Of a DNA stretch of 64,000 nucleotides, positions 19,366 to 27,471 are shown in pieces. How positions within the stretch are numbered: position 1 is the stretch's first letter; each line of letters opens with the position of its first letter. A program made the translations under genes and the position numbers. Below the pieces are notes generated by a model that did no database searches, was not told where the DNA came from, and saw nothing but the letters and a program-made list of their open reading frames with translations. The stretch covers positions 1,415-65,414 of the forward strand of contig JAZNGU010000055.1 in the NCBI GenBank assembly GCA_045576615.1, written 5' to 3'. The DNA is from Acutalibacteraceae bacterium (GTDB taxonomy: Bacteria; Bacillota; Clostridia; Oscillospirales; Acutalibacteraceae).

Positions 19366-19541
19366 AAGAATTTGATAAATTATTTAATTTTTTCACTGTT
19401 CTTGCAATTGTGTTAATGCTTCTCACAACTGTGGTTGCTGCGAGTATAACGGTAATTGAAAAAGGCAAGAGCAATTTGTATTCGGTAAATGCAACAAGAA
19501 ATGAGAATGTAATTAGTGAATATTGCATTAACCTTCTCTGA
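19362..19541 (+). CDS. 59-aa single-pass membrane protein, ATGA-coupled to spoIIP (below the ORF-track cutoff)
   Basis: Hand translation: MKEFDKLFNFFTVLAIVLMLLTTVVAASITVIEKGKSNLYSVNATRNENVISEYCINLL*. Its ATG (19362) overlaps the spoIIP TGA (19363..19365). One clear TM helix. Confidence 0.5.
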   Translation: MKEFDKLFNFFTVLAIVLMLLTTVVAASITVIEKGKSNLYSVNATRNENVISEYCINLL

Positions 19542-19576
19542 AATCAAGAAATTTTTGTAAAAATCTTAAAATTCTA

Positions 19577-19605
19577 TTGAAAACGGTGGCGTTTTATTGT
19601 AGAAT
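19577..19605 (+). promoter_or_regulatory. Sigma-A-type promoter for pgi
   Basis: TTGAAA (19577..19582), 17 nt, TAGAAT (19600..19605). Confidence 0.55.
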
Positions 19606-19660
19606 ATTAGCAAATATAACTATTGTTTGGTACACTAATGCAATAGTTAATTTTTAGGAG

Positions 19661-21001
19661 ATGAAACATTTGTCAGTAAAACTCAACACACGCTATCTTG
19701 AGGGCTTTGTTAACGAAAACGATGTCCAGGGTATTGCTCCCGAGGTAAAGTTGGCTGTTGAACTTCTTAACTCGCGCACGGGCGCAGGGAATGACTTCCT
19801 TGGCTGGTTAGATTTACCTGTAGATTATGATAAGGAAGAGTTCACACGTATCAAAAAAGCCGCAGAGAAAATCCGTAGCGACAGTGATGTTCTTGTTGTT
19901 ATCGGTATCGGAGGTTCTTATTTAGGCGCCAGAGCGGCAATCGAATTTTGCAAATCCCAAAACCGTAACTTGCTTGAAAAACCCCAGATTATTTTTGCAG
20001 GAAACACTCTTTCCTCATCAGCACTTGCAGAAGCAATTGCACTTTGCGAAGGCAAGGATTTTTCAGTAAACGTTATTTCCAAATCGGGCACTACTACTGA
20101 ACCCACAATCGCATTCAGAGTATTCAAAGAAATGCTCGAGAAAAAGTACGGCAAAGAAGAAGCCGCAAAAAGAATTTACGCCACAACAGATAAAGCAAGA
20201 GGAACTCTTAAAGAGCTTTCTGACCGCGAAGGTTATGAAACATTTGTTATTCCCGATGATGTTGGCGGTAGATATTCAGTTCTCACAGCAGTTGGTCTTC
20301 TTCCTATCGCAGTTGCAGGAATCAATATTGATTCAATGATGCAAGGTGCAGCAGATGCCCGTGAAAAATTCGCAGAAGGTGATGTTTATACAAATGATTG
20401 TTATAAGTATGCCGCAATGCGAAACATTCTTTATCGTAAAGGTAAATCTGTGGAAATGATGATTTCCTATGAACCTGACTATACGATGATGAACGAATGG
20501 TTCAAACAGCTTTATGGTGAAAGTGAAGGTAAAAACGGAAAAGGTCTTTATCCTTCATCCGCAGTTTTCTCAACAGATCTTCATTCTCTCGGTCAATATG
20601 TTCAAGAGGGTGAGAGGGTAATGTTCGAAACGGTTGTTACCTTTGATAAACCTAAAAAAGAGCTTGTTATAGGGTTTGACCCGGAAAATGGCGACGGATT
20701 CAATTTCGTTGCAGGTAAATCAGTTGACTATGTTAACCAGAAAGCCTTCCTGGGAACAATCCTTGCTCATACAGACGGCAAAGTTCCCAATATGGTTCTT
20801 GAAATTTCAGAAATGAATGAATATGATTTCGGTTATCTCGTTTATTTCCTTGAAAAAGCTTGTGCAGTATCCGGTTATATTTTAGGTATTAATCCTTTCG
20901 ACCAACCCGGTGTTGAAAGCTATAAGAAAAATATGTTCGCTCTTCTCGGTAAACCCGGTTATGAGGATCATAAGAAAGCTCTTGAAGAAAGGCTTTCATA
21001 A
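19661..21001 (+). CDS. pgi: Glucose-6-phosphate isomerase
   Basis: 446 aa. [23 protein letters not shown], and FDQPGVE near the C-terminus. The start could instead be TTG 19670, which has better spacing from AGGAG. Confidence 0.94.
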   Translation: MKHLSVKLNTRYLEGFVNENDVQGIAPEVKLAVELLNSRTGAGNDFLGWLDLPVDYDKEEFTRIKKAAEKIRSDSDVLVVIGIGGSYLGARAAIEFCKSQNRNLLEKPQIIFAGNTLSSSALAEAIALCEGKDFSVNVISKSGTTTEPTIAFRVFKEMLEKKYGKEEAAKRIYATTDKARGTLKELSDREGYETFVIPDDVGGRYSVLTAVGLLPIAVAGINIDSMMQGAADAREKFAEGDVYTNDCYKYAAMRNILYRKGKSVEMMISYEPDYTMMNEWFKQLYGESEGKNGKGLYPSSAVFSTDLHSLGQYVQEGERVMFETVVTFDKPKKELVIGFDPENGDGFNFVAGKSVDYVNQKAFLGTILAHTDGKVPNMVLEISEMNEYDFGYLVYFLEKACAVSGYILGINPFDQPGVESYKKNMFALLGKPGYEDHKKALEERLS

Positions 21002-21091
21002 ATAATTTGCAGGTTTTCGGACTTGCATACATAAAATAAATTTGTAAAAGTCGCCGTTTGGCGAGATTATAAACAACGGAGGTAAATCATT

Positions 21092-21508
21092 ATGATTAAA
21101 CTTATTATCGGCAACAAAGGTTCCGGCAAAACCAAAAGACTCATCAATCTCATCAACGAGGCAGTTGAAAATTCAAACGGAACAGTAGTTTGCATTGAAA
21201 AATCTCCCTTACTTACTTATGAAGTAACTCACAAAGCAAGACTTATCGAAACCGAAAGATTCGGTGTAGAGGGTTGCGACGCTTTCTATGGTATGGTATG
21301 TGGCGTTATCGCTCAGGACCACGATATTACAGAAATTTTCGTTGATGCAACTTTCAAAATTGTTGGCAGAGATTATGATGCTTTTGCAGCTCTTATCAAC
21401 AAGCTTAGCAAAGTATCTGCAGAAAATGAAATCGATATCGTTTTCACTGTTTCTGAAGATGAAGCAAATCTTCCTGCAGCCCTCTTTGAGAATGCACAGA
21501 AAATCTGA
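21092..21508 (+). CDS. Minimal stand-alone P-loop protein (138 aa), function unknown
   Basis: Walker A GNKGSGKT at residues 7..14. Walker-B-like EIFVDA. Good RBS (GGAGGT). Own terminator. Confidence 0.7.
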   Translation: MIKLIIGNKGSGKTKRLINLINEAVENSNGTVVCIEKSPLLTYEVTHKARLIETERFGVEGCDAFYGMVCGVIAQDHDITEIFVDATFKIVGRDYDAFAALINKLSKVSAENEIDIVFTVSEDEANLPAALFENAQKI

Positions 21509-21518
21509 CGAGATTTTT

Positions 21519-21548
21519 AATCCCCTCTGTCAAGAGGGGATTATTTTA
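21519..21548 (+). terminator. Intrinsic terminator
   Basis: AATCCCCTCT-gtca-AGAGGGGATT followed by ATTTTAT. Confidence 0.8.
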
Positions 21549-21627
21549 TACAGAAATTTTGACTTTTCTTATTGACAAAATACGATTTAGATAATATAAT
21601 ACTTGGGTATGTTGAGAGGTATAGTAT

Positions 21628-22122
21628 ATGATTATCGAACTTGAATCTGTTTTTAATACCGATGGGTTGAAAATTCCTTTTGATTATGAGCTTTCTTTAA
21701 GTTCAATTGAGGTATCCGGTTTTTCTCCTATCACCGCTCCTGTAAAGGTAAGCGGATGTGTTGAAAATAAGGCAGGCATCGTTAACCTCAAGGCAAGTGC
21801 CGCACTTGAATACGAAGCACCTTGTGATCGTTGTGCGGAGAATGTAATTTCGCAGTTCTCATTCCCTGTTGAGCATACTCTCGTCGTTACCCTGGAAAGT
21901 GGCGATAATGACGATTTCCTCGAGGTGCCCAATATGCGACTTAACCTTGACGAACTTGTTGAGGAAGATGTTAATCTCGCTCTTCCCACAAAATACCTTT
22001 GCAGCGAAAATTGTAAAGGCCTTTGCCCAATCTGTGGCAAAAACCTTAACAAATTCCAATGCGAATGTAAAGCTCCAATCGACCCGCGAATGGAAGTGCT
22101 TTTACAGCTTTTGGATGATTAA
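21628..22122 (+). CDS. yceD: YceD/DUF177 family protein (23S rRNA accumulation protein)
   Basis: 164 aa. CDRC ... CSENCKGLCPICGKNLN zinc-ribbon-like end. Immediately upstream of rpmF, the conserved arrangement. Confidence 0.85.
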   Translation: MIIELESVFNTDGLKIPFDYELSLSSIEVSGFSPITAPVKVSGCVENKAGIVNLKASAALEYEAPCDRCAENVISQFSFPVEHTLVVTLESGDNDDFLEVPNMRLNLDELVEEDVNLALPTKYLCSENCKGLCPICGKNLNKFQCECKAPIDPRMEVLLQLLDD

Positions 22123-22159
22123 GTTAGTAATTATTTAAATTCTATAGGAGGTAGTACTA

Positions 22160-22342
22160 ATGGCAGTACCTAAGAGAAGAGTTTCTAAAGCAAGACGTGA
22201 CAAAAGAAGATCCAACGTTTGGAAAATGGACGCAGCAGCACTTGTAAAGTGCCCCAAATGCGGTGAGTTCAAAAGACCTCACAGACTTTGCACAGCATGT
22301 GGCTATTACAACGGCAAACAGGTTATCGAAGTAGCAGAATAA
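22160..22342 (+). CDS. rpmF: 50S ribosomal protein L32
   Basis: 60 aa. MAVPKRRVSKARRDKRR...CPKCGE...H..C..CGYY. Confidence 0.96.
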   Translation: MAVPKRRVSKARRDKRRSNVWKMDAAALVKCPKCGEFKRPHRLCTACGYYNGKQVIEVAE

Positions 22343-22372
22343 TCTGTAAGTGCAATAGTATTCTGAATTGAA

Positions 22373-22400
22373 AGGGCGGTGGGAAAATTCTCCCCGCCCT
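22373..22400 (+). terminator. Probable terminator after rpmF (GC-rich hairpin, poor U-tract)
   Basis: AGGGCGGTGGGAA / TTCTCCCCGCCCT. Confidence 0.5.
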
Positions 22401-22448
22401 ATTGGACTGTTATGATTAAAAAAATAAAATAATAAAGGTGGTGAAAGA

Positions 22449-23762
22449 ATGTCTGTTACTGTGGAAATGGTTTGTCCTGAATCCTATGGTGAAAAAGCAG
22501 GCGTTATAGCTGGAGACGAACTTGTAAAAATCAATAACCACGAAATATTTGATGTTCTGGATTACCGCTTTTATATTCAAAGCCGTAAATTAAGATTAGA
22601 AATTTTAAGAAATGGTGAAAGCATCGTTACCAATATAAGAAAAAGTGATGAATACGCGGATATTGGTCTTGAATTTAAAACATACCTTATGGATAAGCAA
22701 CATTCCTGCAAAAACAAATGTGTTTTCTGCTTTGTTGACCAGATGCCCAAAGGTATGCGAGAAACACTTTATTTTAAAGATGACGATTCAAGAATGTCTT
22801 TTCTTTTCGGTAACTATATTACTTTAACAGGGCTTTGCGAAAGAGAAGTGCAGAGAATTATTGATATGCATATTTCTCCCATTAACATTTCAGTTCATAC
22901 AATGAACCCTGAACTTCGAGTTGAAATGATGAAAAATCGTTTCGCTGGGGAAAGCCTTAAAATTCTTGACAGGTTTTCAGAAAACGGCATTGATATGAAC
23001 ACTCAGCTTGTTCTTTGTCCCGGTATAAACGATGGTGATGAACTTCGTTTTTCATTGGAAGAACTTTCAAAACTCTCACCAAGTGTTAAAAGTATTGCCG
23101 CAGTTCCCGTAGGTCTAACAAAATTCCGTGACGGTCTTTATCCTTTGAGACCTTATACCAAAGAGGAAGCAGCGAATGTTATTGATATAATTGATGAATT
23201 CAATGCCCATTATTCTTTCTATAATGGTGGAAAAATACTTGCTTATGCATCCGATGAATTTTATCTCTTGGCAGAGAGGGAACTTCCCGATGCAGAGTAT
23301 TACGGTGAATTTTCACAGCTTGATAACGGCGTTGGTATGTGTGCTTTATTAAAAGAAGAGTTTATTGATGCTCTTGAAAGTACTGAAAGCAGATACGTTA
23401 ACCGCAAAATTACCGTTGCAACGGGCTATGCGGCGCATAGGCTTCTTTCTGAGCTTTGTAAAAAAGCAGAAGAAAAGTTTCAGGGCTTAAAAATCCATGT
23501 AGTAAAAATTAAAAATGACTTTTTCGGTGATACTGTTACTGTTGCAGGTTTGATAACAGGTGCAGATTTTAAAGCACAGTTAAAAAATCTGGATTTAGGT
23601 GAAGAGCTTTTAATTCCCCGAGTTTCTTTGCGAAACGAGGGAGATAAATTTCTTGATGATGTAACAATTGAGGCTCTTTCAGAAGAATTAAAAGTAAAAA
23701 TTACACCTACTGAAAACGATGGAGCAATATTTTTAGATATGATATTAAACGGAGGTGTTTAA
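22449..23762 (+). CDS. DUF512 radical-SAM protein with N-terminal PDZ-like domain
   Basis: 437 aa. CKNKCVFCFVDQMPKGMRETLYFKDDDSRMSFLFGNYITLT is the DUF512-family signature. Lies upstream of der, as in many Clostridia. Confidence 0.85.
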   Translation: MSVTVEMVCPESYGEKAGVIAGDELVKINNHEIFDVLDYRFYIQSRKLRLEILRNGESIVTNIRKSDEYADIGLEFKTYLMDKQHSCKNKCVFCFVDQMPKGMRETLYFKDDDSRMSFLFGNYITLTGLCEREVQRIIDMHISPINISVHTMNPELRVEMMKNRFAGESLKILDRFSENGIDMNTQLVLCPGINDGDELRFSLEELSKLSPSVKSIAAVPVGLTKFRDGLYPLRPYTKEEAANVIDIIDEFNAHYSFYNGGKILAYASDEFYLLAERELPDAEYYGEFSQLDNGVGMCALLKEEFIDALESTESRYVNRKITVATGYAAHRLLSELCKKAEEKFQGLKIHVVKIKNDFFGDTVTVAGLITGADFKAQLKNLDLGEELLIPRVSLRNEGDKFLDDVTIEALSEELKVKITPTENDGAIFLDMILNGGV

Positions 23763-23764
23763 AT

Positions 23765-25102
23765 ATGGCAAGACCGGTTGTTGCCATTGTCGGCAGACCT
23801 AATGTTGGTAAATCTACACTTTTCAACAAGCTTACAGGCACTCGCCTTGCGATTGTTGATAATACTCCCGGTGTTACCCGTGACCGCCTTTTTGGTGATT
23901 GCGAATGGTTGGGACACAATATGCTTCTTGTTGATACAGGTGGTATTGAGCCTTATTCAAATGATGTTATTCTTTCCCAGATGCGTCGTCAGGCTCAGCT
24001 TGCCATTGATAGTGCCAATGTGATTATTTTGGTTACCGATGTTCGTGACGGTGTTGTGGCAACTGATGAAGAGGTTGCAACTATGCTTCAGAAAAGCGGT
24101 AAACCCATTGTTTTAGCAGTTAATAAATGCGATGGCTTAGGTGCACCACCACCCGAGCTTTACGAATTCTATAATCTCGGTCTTGGTGACCCGTTTCCAG
24201 TGTCTTCCGTTCACGGTCATGGTACAGGCGACCTTCTTGATGAGGTTCTGAAGCATCTTCCTGAAGAATATCTTACTGAAGATAATGATGAAGATGATTA
24301 CATTAAGGTTGCGGTTATAGGTAAACCCAATGTTGGTAAATCCTCACTTGTTAACAAAATTATCGGTGAAGAAAGAATGATTGTTTCCAATATTGCGGGA
24401 ACAACCCGTGATGCTACCGATAGCTTTGTTGAGAATGAGCATGGTAAGTTTATGTTCATTGATACTGCAGGACTTCGCCGTAAATCTAAGATTGACGATG
24501 CAGTTGAAAAGTACAGCGTTTTAAGAACAGATATGGCAGTAGAAAGAGCCAATGTCTGCGTTATTATGATAGATGCCCTTGAAGGCTTTACCGAGCAGGA
24601 CAGTAAGGTTGCCGGCCGTGCCTTAGAGCAGGGAAAGGGTTGTATTATTGCGGTTAATAAATGGGATGCCTATGCTAAAGACGGCAAGACAATGGATTCC
24701 TACCGCAAACAGTTAATGAAGGACTTTTCCTTTATGTCCTTTGCACCTATCATATTTATTTCTGCAAAAACAGGTCAAAGAGTTGACAGACTTTATGAAC
24801 TTATTAAATTTGTTGACACTCAGAATGCAATGCGAATTAAAACAGGTCAGCTTAATGAAATTCTTGCGGCGGCAACGCTTCGAGTTCAACCACCAACAGA
24901 TAAAGGTAAACGCCTTAAGATTTATTATATGACGCAAGCCTCAACTAGACCGCCAACATTCGTTTGCTTTGTTAATAGTGCAGATTTGTTCCATTACAGT
25001 TACCAGCGTTACCTTGAAAACCAGATTCGTGAGGTTTACGGCCTTGAGGGAACACCTGTAAGATTCGTAATCCGTGAGCGTGACGATAAGAGTAAGCACT
25101 AA
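23765..25102 (+). CDS. der: Ribosome-biogenesis GTPase Der (EngA), tandem G domains
   Basis: 445 aa. Two GxxNVGKS P-loops (GRPNVGKST, GKPNVGKSS), two DTGG/DTAG and NKxD motifs, and a KH-like C-terminus. Confidence 0.96.
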   Translation: MARPVVAIVGRPNVGKSTLFNKLTGTRLAIVDNTPGVTRDRLFGDCEWLGHNMLLVDTGGIEPYSNDVILSQMRRQAQLAIDSANVIILVTDVRDGVVATDEEVATMLQKSGKPIVLAVNKCDGLGAPPPELYEFYNLGLGDPFPVSSVHGHGTGDLLDEVLKHLPEEYLTEDNDEDDYIKVAVIGKPNVGKSSLVNKIIGEERMIVSNIAGTTRDATDSFVENEHGKFMFIDTAGLRRKSKIDDAVEKYSVLRTDMAVERANVCVIMIDALEGFTEQDSKVAGRALEQGKGCIIAVNKWDAYAKDGKTMDSYRKQLMKDFSFMSFAPIIFISAKTGQRVDRLYELIKFVDTQNAMRIKTGQLNEILAAATLRVQPPTDKGKRLKIYYMTQASTRPPTFVCFVNSADLFHYSYQRYLENQIREVYGLEGTPVRFVIRERDDKSKH

Positions 25103-25130
25103 AATTACAAAAAAATACCCAAAAGTTACA

Positions 25131-25168
25131 AAAAACTGCCCGAAAGTTACATTCAGGCAGTTTTTTTC
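25131..25168 (+). terminator. Intrinsic terminator after der
   Basis: AAAAACTGCCCGAA ... TTCAGGCAGTTTTT with a T7 run. Confidence 0.8.
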
Positions 25169-25290
25169 TTTTGTGGAGTTATACTAAAGTCAAGAAAAAC
25201 GGAGTGCAACAAATTGTAGCAAAATTGTTTTTCTGAAAAGTAATGACATTTTTTTATTAAAGTGTTTATATGGTTATAGAGGTGATGAAA

Positions 25291-26745
25291 ATGACTAAAA
25301 TTTCAAAAAACATCAAACGCTTACGAATGTTACAGAATATGAGTCAGGAGGAGCTGGCGCAGAAGCTCTTCGTTTCCCGTCAGGCAGTTTCGTCCTGGGA
25401 AAATAACCGGACTCAACCGGATTTGGAAATGATTCAAAAGATTTCCGAATTGTTCGGTATTCAGGTTGAAGAACTGCTTTATGGAGAAAAACGTAACACT
25501 CAATTAGAAGAAAGTGTCAGAACAAGTAAAACCTTGTTCATGGTATTCTCTATTTTAGGCTCGTTGTTTGTTGGTGCAGGCGTAATAATTCTTATGGTTG
25601 CTCTTTGGGACAAATTTCCTAATATTATAAAAGCAACAGTTTCATTTTTGCCTTTGCTTTTAGGTCAGGCAGGAGCAGTTTATACTTATAAGAAAAAATT
25701 CGATAATATCGCCTGGCGAGAGGGAGCATCAATTCTCTGGTCCGCAGGTGTTACTGCAACAGTGGGACTTTTGAGTATGGTTTTAGAGCTTCATTTAGGT
25801 GCTCTGATGTGCTTACTTATTGATGCAGTTTTAATACTTCCTATATTGTGTTTCTTTAAGGTTGCTTCACCTTTGGTATTCTACTACGGTTTTTCAATTG
25901 CAGGTTCAATAGGTGTTATGGAGTACACAAGGAGCGAGATATTAACAACAATTATAATGGTTGTTTTAGTTGGTGCAGGACTTCTTTTCACATTCTTCAA
26001 CAGAAAGAATGTAGCCGATGCAAGATATGAATATTCAACCTGGATTTCAGTTTTAGCGTCCTGTGCTATGGTAATCGCAATAAGCTTGTTTATTCTTGAT
26101 TGGGGTTATTTCTCCTTGCCACTGGCTCTTGCGGTTTGTATTTACGCATTAAATAAAAATGATGGCTGGTCAATGCCGTTTTACCCAATAGGTATTTTAG
26201 GAACAGCTTTAGCTTCAATAGCTTCAACCTATTTCCATTTGCAGGATGATGTCATTTATTCATACAGCGACATCAACAGATGGTTAAACTTGATTAAACC
26301 CGAAAGCATTATAACAATAATTTTAACAGTTGCAACTCTTGCAATCGGCTTTATTATAGGAGAAAAATCACTTGATAAGAACAAATATCAATCAATTTTC
26401 TGCTATTTTGGTGCAGCAAGTGCGGTAATTTCTTTAATCAGTTGTGGCTTTGAATCAGTAGAGTGGATAGGACTTGTTCTTTTCGCTATCACATTCGCAG
26501 AAGGTCTTATAATGCTAATTAAAGGCGCAAGTGAAAAGAACTACTTTAGTCTTAATGTTGGTTTGATAACACTTCTTGTATTGATGTTCTTTGTACTCTC
26601 CGCGTTCGATTGGAATATGGTAACAGTTGGTCTTATGTTCTTAATCAGTGGTTGCTCACTTTTCGGTGCAAACTTCTGCATCTCAAAGAAAATCAAAAAA
26701 GAACAGCTTGAATTGGAAAAGGCGGTGGAAGATGATGAAAAATAA
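25291..26745 (+). CDS. XRE-family HTH domain fused to a large polytopic membrane domain
   Basis: The N-terminal roughly 65 aa (IKRLRMLQNMSQEELAQKLFVSRQAVSSWENNRTQPDLEMIQKISELFG) is a Cro/C1-type HTH. About 10 to 12 hydrophobic helices follow. Start set to ATG 25291, behind AGAGGTG. Confidence 0.8.
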   Translation: MTKISKNIKRLRMLQNMSQEELAQKLFVSRQAVSSWENNRTQPDLEMIQKISELFGIQVEELLYGEKRNTQLEESVRTSKTLFMVFSILGSLFVGAGVIILMVALWDKFPNIIKATVSFLPLLLGQAGAVYTYKKKFDNIAWREGASILWSAGVTATVGLLSMVLELHLGALMCLLIDAVLILPILCFFKVASPLVFYYGFSIAGSIGVMEYTRSEILTTIIMVVLVGAGLLFTFFNRKNVADARYEYSTWISVLASCAMVIAISLFILDWGYFSLPLALAVCIYALNKNDGWSMPFYPIGILGTALASIASTYFHLQDDVIYSYSDINRWLNLIKPESIITIILTVATLAIGFIIGEKSLDKNKYQSIFCYFGAASAVISLISCGFESVEWIGLVLFAITFAEGLIMLIKGASEKNYFSLNVGLITLLVLMFFVLSAFDWNMVTVGLMFLISGCSLFGANFCISKKIKKEQLELEKAVEDDEK

Positions 26746-27433
26746 AAAAGCTACAATAATCCTTTCGATAATACTTGCAGTTCAGTTTATAATTCCTTTA
26801 GGTGTCTGGGGTTACGAAACTTATAAGAATAAGGAATTGGAAGAAAAAGGTCAGGAAATAAAACTGAATGTGGATTCCGTTTTCTGTGATCATCGGGGTA
26901 TTATATTCAGAAACGATGCTTTGGAAGAGTTTATTCATACGAGAAATATGCGCTATATTATTTTCGAAAATAACGAAAATGGATTTTCTACACCTACTGA
27001 AATTTCAGGCTTGCCTACAAATGATTTGTATATAAGTGCAAACAGATTGTATAGCTGGTATAGTGAGGATTGGGGTTTCAAATTTGAAAGCGAAAAAGCC
27101 ATGGATTTATATGATGATTACGGTTATCAGGAATTATATAACCGAGGAGTTGAACAAGCAAATATAAAACACGGCTTTTGTGAAGGTCCCGAAACTCAGG
27201 CTTATGCTGTCTTTAAGATTTATAAAAACAGATTTAAGGTAGTAAAAGTCTATATCGATGGAAAACCTGTTGATACAGTTATAGAAAAATATATGAATAA
27301 TGATTGGGATGATTCACGATATGAAGAAATCTATTATGATGATATTTACTATGACGATGGAATTGAAGATTATTATAAAGAATATTACGATGAAGAATTA
27401 GATGAATATGTAACTGAGCCTGTTTCGGCATAA
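26732..27433 (+). CDS. Single-pass membrane protein with an extracytoplasmic domain and a Tyr/Asp/Glu-rich C-terminal tail
   Basis: Starts MMKNKKATIILSIILAVQFIIPLGVWGY behind GGTGGA and overlaps the stop of the upstream gene. The track ORF 26648 extension has no RBS and lies inside the upstream CDS. Confidence 0.7.
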   Translation: MMKNKKATIILSIILAVQFIIPLGVWGYETYKNKELEEKGQEIKLNVDSVFCDHRGIIFRNDALEEFIHTRNMRYIIFENNENGFSTPTEISGLPTNDLYISANRLYSWYSEDWGFKFESEKAMDLYDDYGYQELYNRGVEQANIKHGFCEGPETQAYAVFKIYKNRFKVVKVYIDGKPVDTVIEKYMNNDWDDSRYEEIYYDDIYYDDGIEDYYKEYYDEELDEYVTEPVSA

Positions 27434-27435
27434 AA

Positions 27436-27468
27436 CAACACCCTGAACCATATTGGTTCGGGGTGTTG
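27436..27468. terminator. Bidirectional terminator (15 bp stem)
   Basis: CAACACCCTGAACCA-tat-TGGTTCGGGGTGTTG between convergent genes. Confidence 0.8.
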
Positions 27469-27471
27469 ACT

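Noticed and set aside
19328-19528. 66-aa minus-strand ORF
   Set aside because: It overlaps the spoIIP 3' end, is antisense and has no RBS. The plus-strand 59-codon ORF with an ATGA junction is the better model.
25103-25160. Repeated AAAGTTACA motif after der
   Set aside because: One copy is simply the loop of the der terminator. There is no further structure.
26648-26731. Track ORF extension of the 26732 gene (MVAHFSVQT...)
   Set aside because: It lies within the preceding CDS in another frame and has no RBS. MMKNKK, behind GGTGGA, is the natural start.
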